A DNA stretch of 62,940 nt, counting the filler, from Reticulomyxa filosa (Eukaryota; Protista; Foraminifera), in NCBI GenBank assembly GCA_000512085.1. It is 16 parts of 16 records of this genome, joined end to end, with 100 filler letters (N's around TTAATTAATTAA, not from the genome) between each part and the next. Parts side by side here need not be neighbours in the genome. Positions count along the whole stretch, not along the records: positions 47,752 to 53,902 come from ASPP01003603.1; positions 54,003 to 56,106 come from ASPP01023386.1; positions 56,207 to 57,813 come from ASPP01027156.1; positions 57,914 to 59,755 come from ASPP01012578.1; positions 59,856 to 61,037 come from ASPP01041604.1; 11 more parts are not named here. The stretch is one strand, 5' to 3'. The notes below the pieces were generated by a model, which searched no databases, was not told the origin of the DNA, and saw only the letters and a program-made list of their open reading frames with translations. Of the stretch, positions 48,963 through 61,037 are shown piece by piece. How positions within the stretch are numbered: position 1 is the first letter of the stretch; each line of letters starts with the position of its first letter. Made by a program: the position numbers and the translations under genes.

Positions 48963-51233
48963 TTATAATGGTACCCATAATTGAATTGCTCCACCCCGAG
49001 AACCTGCCACAATAGTATTACCATCTGGAGCAAGATCCAGTACAGTCACATTATCGAGTTGTCCTTTCAGTCTTTGTATTTCCACTCCTGATTTCACATC
49101 CAACAATCGAAGTGAACCATTTAAAGAGGTCAGTATAGTTTGTCCATCTAAAAAATATCGCATCTCAAATATGTTAGCAGGAAATTCATCAAATTCTTTT
49201 ATTACCTTTCCTGACGTTACATCCAGTATTCGAACTACATTATCTAGACTGAATAGAATTGAGTGTCCATCAGCAAAAAATTGTACAGTTTCAATACTTT
49301 TTTCAAATTTCGTCGACTTGTATATCATTTTGCCTGAGCTTACATTCCAAATTGTAATTTTATCATCTACTGCGACTACAAGTTGTTGACCGTTTGGCGA
49401 AAATTTCGCATTGTGGATATGAGGTAACCTTATTCTGAATACTTCTTGTCCAGATTGTATATTCCATATGTTTATTGCATTACGTGAGCAAGATAAAATG
49501 GTGTTCCCATCTGGTGAAAACTGTATAAGACTTATATCGGATATATGCAAGTCTGTTATTGTTCTTTTAATACCTGATTTTAAATCGTGCAATATAACTC
49601 TATTGTTATCTAGACCGGTTGGACAATATGCGATCATGTTTCCATCTGGTGAAAAGTGTATATTATCTGTGTCCGCTTGTAATTCTTGTGTTATGTTACC
49701 TGACGTAACATCCCATATTTTAATTACAGAGTCAGCTGAACATGAAAAAATCTTGGTACCATCTGCTGAAAATCTTATACTACGTACAGGAGAATATCCT
49801 TGAAACACTTTTAATGGTTTGAAATATATTGGCTATGTGTGTTTTAATATATACATATATATATATATATGTATATATATATATTTTGTTTTTGCTAAAA
49901 ACTTCAAAATAAAATTTATACTTACCAAAATATATCGTAAAACCATTATGCTAAAATGATCAATCCATCCCATTTCATTTATTAATAAGGAATGCATCCA
50001 ATATTTAGTTATTATATCAATTTCTTTTTTTTTCTTGTTATATGTTTATTTGTGATACATACCATAAAAAAAAATGTTTGATTTAAGTAGACACAAAAAG
50101 ATAATATTGCTAACTTTTATTTGTTTAATATCTAATTTATTTTCTGTTTCTTCTAACTCGATGTTTCTCTTTTCAAGTTCTAGCTCTTCATTTCCCAGTA
50201 TCAATTTTTCTTCTTCTTCTATCATCCATTTTCCTTCTTCTTCTTTCACCCATTTCCCTTCCTCTTCTCCCATCAATTCATTTACTCTTATTTTTATATG
50301 CTCTGTTACATTTCTATCTTCATAAGAAATTCCAAAGATATGAACAAAGTTGCTGTCTTCACTTAATACGGCAGTGCAGTTTTTCAATTTAATAAGTGAC
50401 TGCTCATGCATCATCCATTTATTATTAGTGATAGAAAATCTATAGACTTGATCGGAGATATCACATCCAAAGAATAATATAGAATTGCCAATATTTATAA
50501 ACGCATAATTGGAATCTCTTCTCATCGTCTTACAAACACGTATTCTATGAAATTCAAACGTCTTATTGTATTCATCATATTGAATTAATAATCCTGAATT
50601 TTTATAAAATAGCAACATCTCGTTATTTTTTAATGTTGGCTTTGATACAAAGCAATGAAATCGTATGGTGTCATCAATTGGTAAAATGTCATGTTTAATA
50701 AATTGGAGTCGACATGTATCAAAAACTGAAATAGTTTTTGGATAAGAAGTAATAAATAACAAATGATTTTTAGTTCCAGCAATCACTCCACGTGCACCTA
50801 TATACTCACCCCTATCATTCCCAATATCAATTGGACGTCGTAGATTAGTGAATGGATGCCATTGATTATATCTCATTGACGATACATTGTTTTTGTTATC
50901 ACTATTCCACACACTAATATATTTCATCATCAATACTTGTGTATGAGTTCCACCAAAAGACAACAAAGTTATTTCATTCGAGTCTTTATTGTCTACAAGC
51001 TTTATTACACAATGTCCACACAAATCAATACTATATGGATATAAACAAATAAATTTATATTCATTTTTAATTCTATGATAAGAATAACATTTCTTTTCAT
51101 ACGCACTGCAAATGAGGATTTCATCTTTGTATGCCACACATTGAATAAATCCAAACCGAAGCGGTAAAGGAGGCAAAGTCATGAAACGAGATATGTGCAT
51201 AGTTGTTTCATCTTTCATATCAGTTTGGCTCAT
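48963..51233 (-). CDS. Kelch-like propeller + linker exon + WD40 propeller fusion protein, 3 exons
   Basis: Exon 1 is Kelch-like (EILICS..CYSYH..YKFICLYP, GHCVIKL, LLSFGG, FHCFV). Exon 2 (49926..50033) reads KKKEIDII..W..GWIDHF..RYIL. Exon 3 is WD40 (FSADG, FSPDG, IKIWD). The exons join in phase 0. Confidence 0.82.
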
Positions 51234-52063
51234 TTTGGCACAATTTAAAGGAAATCAAGCCCTTTTTTGTTGCAAAAATTATAATGATGATTATTACTTG
51301 TCAAAGATTTTTTTACTTCGAAAAAACTTCAAAAAAAAAGTAACATCATTCTTTTGCTTAGTTTCTAGAAATTGCAGTCCTTGCTGAAGAAAATGACAAA
51401 AACCTTTTTAGTTTTTTTCATTGCATACAAAAAATAATTAAAAATTGTTATTTTTATCTGTGCCACGTGTGTTGATTGAGAAAATCTAACTATTATCTAA
51501 ACATTTGCCTACATTGTCCCAAGACAGCAAGAGAAAAAAATTGCCATGGTAAAAACTTGAATTTTCATTGAACTAGAGACGCTCTTTGAACAATTGTCAA
51601 ATTGAAAAGATACGATTATGGAACGACCCCACATTGTATTTATTTGTATAGTTGTTGTATATACTGATTATATATTGTCATGTCAATAATATCGTTGTGT
51701 ATATCATCCTTGATACTCTCTTCATCTATTTTTGAGTGTAGAAAAAGATATTAATCTGTAAATTCTTTGTATAGTAGATAGGTGCATTTATTTGTTTGAC
51801 AAAGTTGTCTACTCAAAAAAGAGGAAGTGGAGGAGGAGATTGAGGAAAGCGAGCCCTAAAAGCTCTCCACAAAACTCTTTTTTGGGAAGTTTCTTCCAAG
51901 AGTTGCTAGCAGTATTGAGTTCAAAAGAGGGTTGTCAAAATACTCAAAAAATAACTTTTTAATAAGTATTTTGACGGTTCCCTTCATTAAATCTGAGAGA
52001 CAAAAGCTCAAATATTTCCATAGCTTACGTCATCTAACTCAGTCTCACAAAAGTGCTGAAAGA

Positions 52064-52981
52064 ATGACTACTTTTGGTAATGAAAAACAACCTTCAACGC
52101 AACAAGTATTGGTATGTTTCATTTTAGAACGCTGGTTGCCTTTAGTCTATTACTAGGTATTGGGTTCGAATATCAAAAATTAAAGTTGAATGGATACATA
52201 ACTTTGACAAATTCGTTGTCAACTATGTTATTTTGTTTTTCCTTCAATGGCAAATATATTTACCAATATTTTCATTATCTACTGTTTAACACAGACAACG
52301 AAATTCGTCAAGCATAAAGAAGGTAGTTGCCTAAGTTATGCAAAACATTCGCTGGACATACTGAATATGTTGATAGTATTGACTATTCAATATTTGATGG
52401 TGTTCAATCATTTGTTTGGATCATTTGATAAAACAATTTGTGTATGGGATGTAGAAACCAACAAACAAATACAATCATTCAACGGACATTCAGCTGAAGT
52501 TTATTGTTTATGAGATGTTAAAACATCAAAAGCATTACATGTTTTCGATGGATATGAAGATACTGTTTGGCGTGTTGATATTTTATCATTACAAAGCAGT
52601 AACAAAAATGATAATAATAAAATGAAAAATATTGGTGTAATTTGTAGAAATGGTATACAATTTGTTCTGAATTAAATGATAAAACCATTCGAATATGGGA
52701 TATTGAAACAACCAAGCAATTGGATATATTCAAAGGACATACAATTACGAGAGGAGTGTAAAATATTGTTCAAATGAATTATTGAATACAATATTATCTG
52801 GATCAGATGATAATAATGTTCGTTTGCAGGATAGTCCATCAAATAAGAATGGATTGTATATGATCAAATGAGATATCTTAAATTTATTGAATTGAAAAAG
52901 AAAGACAAGACAAAGAATGTTACATATGATTTGAATTTGTGTTATGGTTTACGCAAAGGTTCCACTCGTATTTGAGGATAG
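52064..52981 (+). pseudogene. WD40-repeat pseudogene
   Basis: MTTFGNEKQ start, GSFDKTICVWDVET and DKTIRIWDIET, with many frameshifts. The terminal IRIWG has become TRI*G. Confidence 0.82.
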
Positions 52982-53416
52982 TTTACTTTTTGTTGAATAA
53001 TAAATGAAAGTTTTTTTTTGAAACGTTTGATTAAAAGAAAAGTAAGTTGATATTAAACTTGTTTGATTTGATTTAGTGCAAGCATTGAAAGATTTGCTCT
53101 ATCTTACCTTTATTATGCCAAAATTAAATTGTTTTACTTAACATATATCTAAACTATTGATCCGTCATAATCTTATCAAACTCAATTTTGAACTATTTGA
53201 TATAAAAAGTGCGTTCATGCAATGCCAAATGAGAACTGTTGTCACGATTCAAATGCATTTTTTCATTATGTAATTCGAATATTTATATAGAATTTTCATT
53301 TTTTAAAGTGCTTTGAATTTTTTAAAAACATTAAAATAAATTTAATATCAACTTACTTTCTTTGATCAAACTTTTCAAACAAAAACACTTTCATTTCTTA
53401 TTCAACAAAAAAATAA

Positions 53417-53902
53417 TTATCCCCAAATACGAATTAGACCACTTCCTGAACCGTAACACAAATTCAAATCGTACTTGACATTCTTTGTCTCCTTCTTTTT
53501 TAATTCAATAAATTTAAGACATAATATTCCATTATCTTTTTCATAATCTCCTTTGATCATATATAATTCATTCTTATTTGATCGAATATCCCAAAAACGA
53601 ATTGTATTATCCCATGATCCAGAACATATTACACTTGAATTACTAATATTATTCTTTATTACAAATGGTGAATATTCAACAGCATCTACCCAATGAGTAT
53701 GTCCATTGAACACTTGAATTTGTTTACCAGATCGAATATCCCACAAACGAACACTATTATCATCTGATCCAGATAATATTGTACTTAATAATTCATTTGA
53801 ACCATATTTTGCACTCCTCACGTAATTTTTATGTCCTTTGAATATATTCAATTGCTTGGTTGTTTCAATATCCCATATTCTAATGGTTTCATCATTTGAT
53901 CC
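53417..53902 (-). CDS. WD40-repeat protein, 3' part
   Basis: KGHKNYV..SGSDDNSVRLWDIR..NGHTHWV..SGSWDNTIRFWDIR..IRIWG*. Confidence 0.9.
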   Translation of the reverse strand, partial: GSNDETIRIWDIETTKQLNIFKGHKNYVRSAKYGSNELLSTILSGSDDNSVRLWDIRSGKQIQVFNGHTHWVDAVEYSPFVIKNNISNSSVICSGSWDNTIRFWDIRSNKNELYMIKGDYEKDNGILCLKFIELKKKETKNVKYDLNLCYGSGSGLIRIWG

Positions 53903-54002
53903 NNNNNNNNNNNNNNNNNNNNNNNNNNNNNNNNNNNNNNNNNNNNTTAATTAATTAANNNNNNNNNNNNNNNNNNNNNNNNNNNNNNNNNNNNNNNNNN
54001 NN

Positions 54003-55600
54003 TGGAAAGAAGTCAACTTGACGAACGTAAACAAAGTTTGCAATTGGTCTTTAAAGTTAAGATACTTCAAAGTAGACTTGACGAAAAAAGAGATCCTCAA
54101 AAAGAAAGACATGGCACCACAATTTCGACCAGAAGTAGAAACACTACAGCAGTGGTTGAGTGTGTGTCAAGACAGCAGAATACTAACAATGATAACAGTT
54201 TTTAAGAATTTTGAGCAGCTGGACGAACAGAAAAAAGACAACATTGTGACAAAGAAACACCACGAACCAGCTTCTTTGAATATCTTTTCAAACAATTTTG
54301 TAAACAAGGCCACATTGGATCAAATCGCAAAAGGCTGTTCTATTACTCACAATCGTCGACTCGCTAACTTTGACGACTGCACCCTGCAGACAATAATGAT
54401 GCGAACCAGCAGCCGATAATCTGGCAAGTGTAAAATCGTACAAAAACTCACTATGATTATACATACTATTTAGCTCGTGGTTATGTCGTTGGTAATCGAA
54501 TTGAATTAACTAATAATTGAAAAGGTGTTTTTTTTAAACATACGTATATATTATGTGTACATATGTATACATAATGTACATATACACATGTCTTTTTTCC
54601 ATTTTTTAATCTGTTGAGTTGCATATCGATTTTTGACAGCTTAAAAAACAATCTGTTGACTTTTTTTGCAGGTGTGATCAAATACATTGGGAAAGACGAT
54701 TGGTTCTCATTGAATTGGACGAATTCAGTGTGAAAAATCACAATGACAACAACTACTTTACCACCAATGATGGTCTCACTGCAGTTGAAGTCTTTTTTCA
54801 AAAGGATGATGTGAGCGGCAATGACCCAAAAAGTTGAGAACTTGATTTAAAATATATGTTTAAGTGTATATATAGATTTACATGACACGTATAAATGAAT
54901 ATTGTTTATTCCAATTTTATGTAATTTGACGATCGACTGGAAGTACAAACAATATGTCTTTTTTATTTTTTGTAAATGGATTCAGCAATCAATCAACATA
55001 ACAATTGGCAAAAATTCAAATTTATTCGATTTAAAAGACAATATTATTTGACAAGTATTCCATTGATGTGTATAATAAATATCAAATGCTTATTGACGAT
55101 AAAAAAGCGTGTAAAGATGACAATAAATTGCTATATGTCAACTTTGAGTTGAGTTCTGGCCAAGACGAACATAAAAAAAAATACAAATTGTGCTTAGCTT
55201 TCTCACGCCAATGGGTCATGTCGACAAATTCACAAGAAAAGAGGTTAGCAATAGTACGAAGGCCAACAACAATGAACGTAATTCCACACCTACAAAGAAT
55301 TTATCACAAGGGAGACAATTATCAAACGACTACAATGACCATGTTGGACAAGCCAATTGTATGATTGAGCCACTTGAGCCTATTGCAAATGGTGGCGGTG
55401 GAAGATTTGGAGGGCAAAGGTACAAACACTGAAAAGTTTTTGTTTTGAAAAGAAGAGAAGAGAAATGTGAACGTCGGATGTATTGATAAAACAATCTTAT
55501 TTGATGACTGAATGAAAAAAGATACTTTGAATGCAAACCCGGACACGGCTACTTTGCATGTGTCAGCGATACATATAAAAAAACGAATGATCCAGATGGA
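54003..55600 (+). pseudogene. RPEL-repeat + multi-CAP-Gly gene, disrupted (copy 2)
   Basis: 54003..54530 is collinear with 34217..34790. CAP-Gly remnants: YVVGNRIELTN|GVIKYIGK..IELDEF..YFTT, GGRFGGQRY and NEKRYFECKPGHGYF. Confidence 0.6.
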
Positions 55601-55941
55601 CGGCAATGAAAAATCAAGAGAAAAATATGGATTGATTTATTGGCGACTGAAACACGTCCTTTGATAAAAAAAAAATAAAATGGCAAAGCTGTCAAGAGGA
55701 CAGATTGAAAAGAAATTAAAACTCTTGCCATCTCTCTTCCTTATTTTCATCGCAGTGCTCACATGAAACTTTGGCCAATGTGTTGAAACACTGATCACTC
55801 CAAATCAATTGGTTTTGAAAGTTTGGAGTCTATGTTCAAATATATGTGTGTTTGGTCCATATTCCTGATTATGCATTATTTATTTGTTGGTGAAAAAATT
55901 TATAGATACGAATTTCTCTGGAAAAATATATTGGCTACTGA

Positions 55942-56106
55942 AAAGAATTGATTATGTATGAATACGAAGAAATAGTGGTGGTAAATAAGCCTCCGGGAGG
56001 GAGATGAATGTGCATTTGTCGAAAGTAATAACAAGTATCAAGACAATGCATTGATGTTAGGAGCAACAGGCGGAAATGTTGCCTCTGCACATGAATGCAC
56101 TCAATC
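55942..56106 (+). pseudogene. RluA-family pseudouridine synthase remnant
   Basis: KELIMYEYEEIVVVNKPPG (consensus ilyED..l.vvNKP.G) followed by a stop, then LPLHMNAL. Confidence 0.4.
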
Positions 56107-56206
56107 NNNNNNNNNNNNNNNNNNNNNNNNNNNNNNNNNNNNNNNNNNNNTTAATTAATTAANNNNNNNNNNNNNNNNNNNNNNNNNNNNNNNNNNNNNN
56201 NNNNNN

Positions 56207-57700
56207 CTGTCGCTGTCTCTGTCGCTGTCTCTGTTTCTGTTGCTGTTGTCTCTATCCTTGACTGCGGTTTTGTTGTCTTGGTCCTTATTGCCAATGGCAA
56301 CTGCAAGTCTGGTGTTGTGATCGAATCTTCTTTTTCTTCTTCCAATTCTTCCCCAATTTCTGTGTATGATCGATGTCTTTTATTGTTTTCTTTTTGTTTG
56401 TTTGTTTGTTTGTTTGTTTATTTATTTATTTTATTTGTTTGGTTATAATTTAACATTTTTCAATAACAAAAAATATGTATTGAAATAGACTGCAAAACTT
56501 GGCTTTGTTAGCCCAGAAGCGTAAAGGCGATCGACGCTTGGTTTGTGGATGGACGATGCTCGTGAGCAGTATTTCGGTATCACTTTTTGCGTCACTGTTA
56601 CTCCTTTTCCGATACTTTTCACTATCTGTCGCTTCTTTCGCGTCTGCTCCGATCACACTGCCATAAGTGAATGTCGTGTGATTGGATTTCTTTCTTTCGC
56701 TCACTCCAATTGTCTACATTGCATTATTCAAATATATACATATATTATACATGCATAATCTTGTATATATATGTACTCGCGATAACAAATATAAGCTTTT
56801 TAGCATCAATGTGAAATCGCTCTACAAATGATATTAAAAAGGAAAACACACAAACACATTGATAGATAACGGTGTTGTAGATATTAGTCAAAGGTTGAGA
56901 ATGTTCTTCTGTCTCCTCAATGTCGTCAGCACTTTGGCTCTTTGCTTCTTCATAGTCTTCTTCATACTTCGACATCATCGCATATCTTGCATCTTCATGT
57001 CGGTCAATGTTTACACACAAAAGGACGCATTGTGTTGTACTTTTGCAATGGGGATTTTTGTTTGTTTCTTCATTCCGTCTTTTATTCAGAGTGAATGCAT
57101 ATATGCATATATATAATAAGAAAAAGGAGATGAAGACACGAATATGAAAAAAACCAGCAGATGCAAAAATGGGCAAATGTGACGACTTCTTATGCCTTGT
57201 TTTGAAAAAACTAGAGAAGCGCCTATTTTTGGCCATCTTATGTGCACGAAGCAATGCGTCTTGAGTAGTCATGACACCACGTGTGGAAATAAGTACAGCA
57301 ATGAAGCAGCCAAGCGACACCGTGTATTGCAAAATGGTTTGTTTTTGTTGAAGTTGCTCATTGTTTCGGAACACCGTTAGAGATATCACACATAGCAAGT
57401 ATAAAAAAATCAGCCAATGTCCAAGTTGGACTAGCTCCTCTGTTCACGTGCATGTTTTATTGTATAAATGATTGGTGTATTTTTGGAAAGCACAGACAAA
57501 CAACAGCAAAAAAAAAAATAAATTAAATAAATCTTTCACAAAAAACCTTGAATCCCAAAGTTGTCAATGAATTCACTGTGATGCAACTTCCAAGATAAAA
57601 ACAGTACTCCACAACCGATTACTGCAACGTATAACAATGCCACTGCATAGGCAACGAATTGATACCGCAAAGAACAGTACACCCCAACCAATCTGTTTGT
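56207..57700 (-). CDS. Multi-pass membrane protein with low-complexity cytoplasmic tail, internal exons
   Basis: Hydrophobic exons (IGWGVLFFAVS.., HWLIFLYLLCVIS.., YTVSLGCFIAVLI) are followed by polar exons and separated by AT-rich introns. Confidence 0.5.
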
Positions 57701-59223
57701 TGTTGCATATATTTATATTAAGAAAGAAGCATCTGAAAATCATAAAAAAAAAAAAAAAAATTATATATATATATATATGTATATATATGTATATATGTAT
57801 ACATATATACATANNNNNNNNNNNNNNNNNNNNNNNNNNNNNNNNNNNNNNNNNNNNTTAATTAATTAANNNNNNNNNNNNNNNNNNNNNNNNNNNNNNN
57901 NNNNNNNNNNNNNAATAACCTTTTTGTTTGATTTGTATCAAACAAAGAGTTGTAACATTATCGTATACCGATTGTCGAATAAACTTCCTTCACAAAAGTA
58001 GTCATCAGCTAAAAAATGACATGAGCGCAAAGAAAAAAGACGGAACAAGACAAATAATTCTTTTAAAGGATTGTCTAATCAAACGTTTATCATTTTCAAT
58101 AAACCTTGTAACGGCTGTGCATTTAATAAAGCTTTGTTCTATACGAACAAATAAAATCGTACATATCACACTAAAATTCGAATTTGTACAAATCATCACA
58201 AAAGCTTCTCTGTAATTTTTTATGGTTATGGAAAATGAAAGTTTAGTATTGTCCTCGAATATTTTATTCATTTATTTATTCGTCAAAATAAGAACATACA
58301 TTGCACTTTACAGAAATTATTGTTTTGTTGTTAAAAATACAAAAATAAAAAATTTTATGCAAGTGTAAACAGTAAGTAATAAAATTATTTTGGTAATTAA
58401 TCAGTTTTAACAAAAATTAGTCCAAGTACGAGAAAGGGGTTTAGTTCCATTTTTTTTATTTTGCTTGCCTGTCATCAAGTATTTCTTTAAAAAATATAAC
58501 AGCATTTTGATGTTTATTCGTCACATTTTGTTTTAAGTTTGTTTCATGAAGACACATACATTCACTTACGCGTTACAAAGACAAAAAAAATAAAAAATAC
58601 AAATAAATGTATTATTGCATTTGATCTTTGATATGTTACAAGTGGCTTAGTTGAAGTTGTCAATTTTCATTTGTCAATAACACATATTTGTGTCTATTGT
58701 GCAGAGTGTTGGTGATGTCTTGTTTTATTCAATTAGTTTCTATAATATTCCTCTATCTGAGATGGAGAAATAATGAAAAGACATATTAAAGCTTCATACT
58801 GGCAAAATAAATTCCTTTAAAGTTATAATTGAACCTCCCCCTAAATGTAGTAGAGCTTAAAATAAGCTTAGCTTGGCTATGAGAAAAATAGTAAAATTGT
58901 CCAGTTTTGCCAATGGCACCTAGGGAAAAAATCACATGTTTTGTTCGGTGAACGATCACAAAATTTAGAACAACAAACAACAACAAACAACATAACATAA
59001 CAAAGTTATTAAGAACAAGAAAAAAGAAGTATGAAGGAAAGACAAACAAAAGAAAGGCATAAACAAGTGAATGAAAATACTAAAATATAACATCAAATGA
59101 CAAGCGAAAATAACAAAAAGACAACATCAACAAAAAAAAAAAAATAATATAATAACAAATAAAATAAAATAAATTGCAAGAATGACTTCAATTTACACAG
59201 CGTGGTTGATGTGCTATTCCGTG

Positions 59224-59755
59224 TCATTCTTGCCCGACCGGTAATAGGATGTGTGTGAATCCTATATAAAAGCCAGAGGAGAGCAAAATAAAAAAAAGAA
59301 AAGAGAGAGAGAGAGAGAGAGGAGAAAAAAACAAACAAAGCAAAACTTTGGATTGTTTATTTTTTGCTACTTTTCGAGGACGAGATTTCGTTTTTTGGGA
59401 AGTTTGGACCGAATTTACAATAAAATCCCCCATGTATACGTCATCGGGCATGGCCTGATTGGAGTGAATAACACAAAGCGTCGGTTTCTGGCCTTGTTGT
59501 TCCTCTTGCTCTTCATCTTCATATTCGGCTTCTTTTTGTTGGTTTTTTTTTCTGCTATCACTCTTAACATGACCTGAAGCCATGTCTCTGTCTTCAACTC
59601 CACTGTCATCGTCTGAATTACCACCATTGATGGAGCTCATTGGAGTATTCACTGTGACTGTTTTCGAAATGACTTCAATGCCGTGTTCGCACTCAATGCT
59701 TCCTAAAACTAGTAATTGGATGCCCTTGGTATCCCATTCAACCCACACACACACA
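59224..59755 (-). CDS. Unknown protein, C-terminal exon(s)
   Basis: Coding-like ORF with an acidic insert next to a (TG)n tract at the contig edge. Confidence 0.4.
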
Positions 59756-59855
59756 NNNNNNNNNNNNNNNNNNNNNNNNNNNNNNNNNNNNNNNNNNNNT
59801 TAATTAATTAANNNNNNNNNNNNNNNNNNNNNNNNNNNNNNNNNNNNNNNNNNNN

Positions 59856-61037
59856 AATTAACAAATAATTGATAATTTATATTTGATAATTGATAATTAT
59901 AAAGATATTTGTATGTTTTTGCTTTTATTAACTGATACACAATTTGATAAATCATTTCTGTTTTCAATATCAATTGCGCGGAAGTGCCAAGTATGATTGA
60001 GAATGAGACAAGCCCATTTGGTATATGTATCATTGATATCAGTATCATTATACCATTGAATATGTACATTGAATTCCAATGACAATTTGTTTGGATTTCC
60101 GAGTTGTAATGATTTTATTTTTAATTTATTTTCATCAAATAACATTATTGTTCGATGTTCATAATCAAATACACATTCATAATCTTTCCATTTTCCATTC
60201 CACAGCATGCACACGCTTCTTGGAATAGGATATCTTGTTTTATATCTATGATTGGTTATATCATTTATATATTTATATTTATATCATTTGTTTTATTAAC
60301 AACATACATGATTTGATAGGTGATCACTGATTGATAACAATTCCACAGATGTAGTAATTGAATATGATGATATTGATAATACCAATTATCAGCATACCCT
60401 TTTTTAAATCCAATTATTTCTAAATTTTTTTCTGAGCTTATAAATACATGGTCAAAATCCGCACCTAATGTATGACATTTTTTTGATAAATAGTTGCATA
60501 AAGCTTGTTTGTGAATTTGACGATATTTGATATGTTTAGGATATTTCAAAATATTCCACAAAATATGCAAACACATTTCTCGAATTATTTTTAATTCATT
60601 TTCTTCTTCAGACCTATTTAATAATTTTTATTGTTTTACTTTACAGTAATGATATTTTATACGTATTTAACTCATTCAAATTCGATGTTACACAAATTTC
60701 TCTTAATTTCTCGAATGTATCAACAAAAATTTGATTGCAATTTCTCCATGTTTGTGATATTGTTGTTTTTTCAAGTTGATTACCAACACTTGTGAATAAT
60801 TGCATCAAATGTTGTTGTTGTTTTAAATTTGTGCTATATTAAAATATTAAGATATTGAAGCCATATTTGATGTTTTTATATATTAAAAAAGAATAGAAAT
60901 TTGTTGTTACGTGTTTTCAGTTAGCCATGTTAAAATACTTTTTGTCTTTTCAACATCTTGCTTAAGCCATTTCAATACCTCTGAAATGATCTCTTCATCT
61001 ATCTTAGGGAACGTTTGTTGAAGTTGTACGAGCATGA
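59856..61037 (-). CDS. CUE-like + PUB domain protein, internal exons
   Basis: LQQTFPKIDEEIISEVL...DVEKT (CUE FP motif) and ILWNILKYPKHIKYRQI...LEIIGF (PUB signature). Confidence 0.7.
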
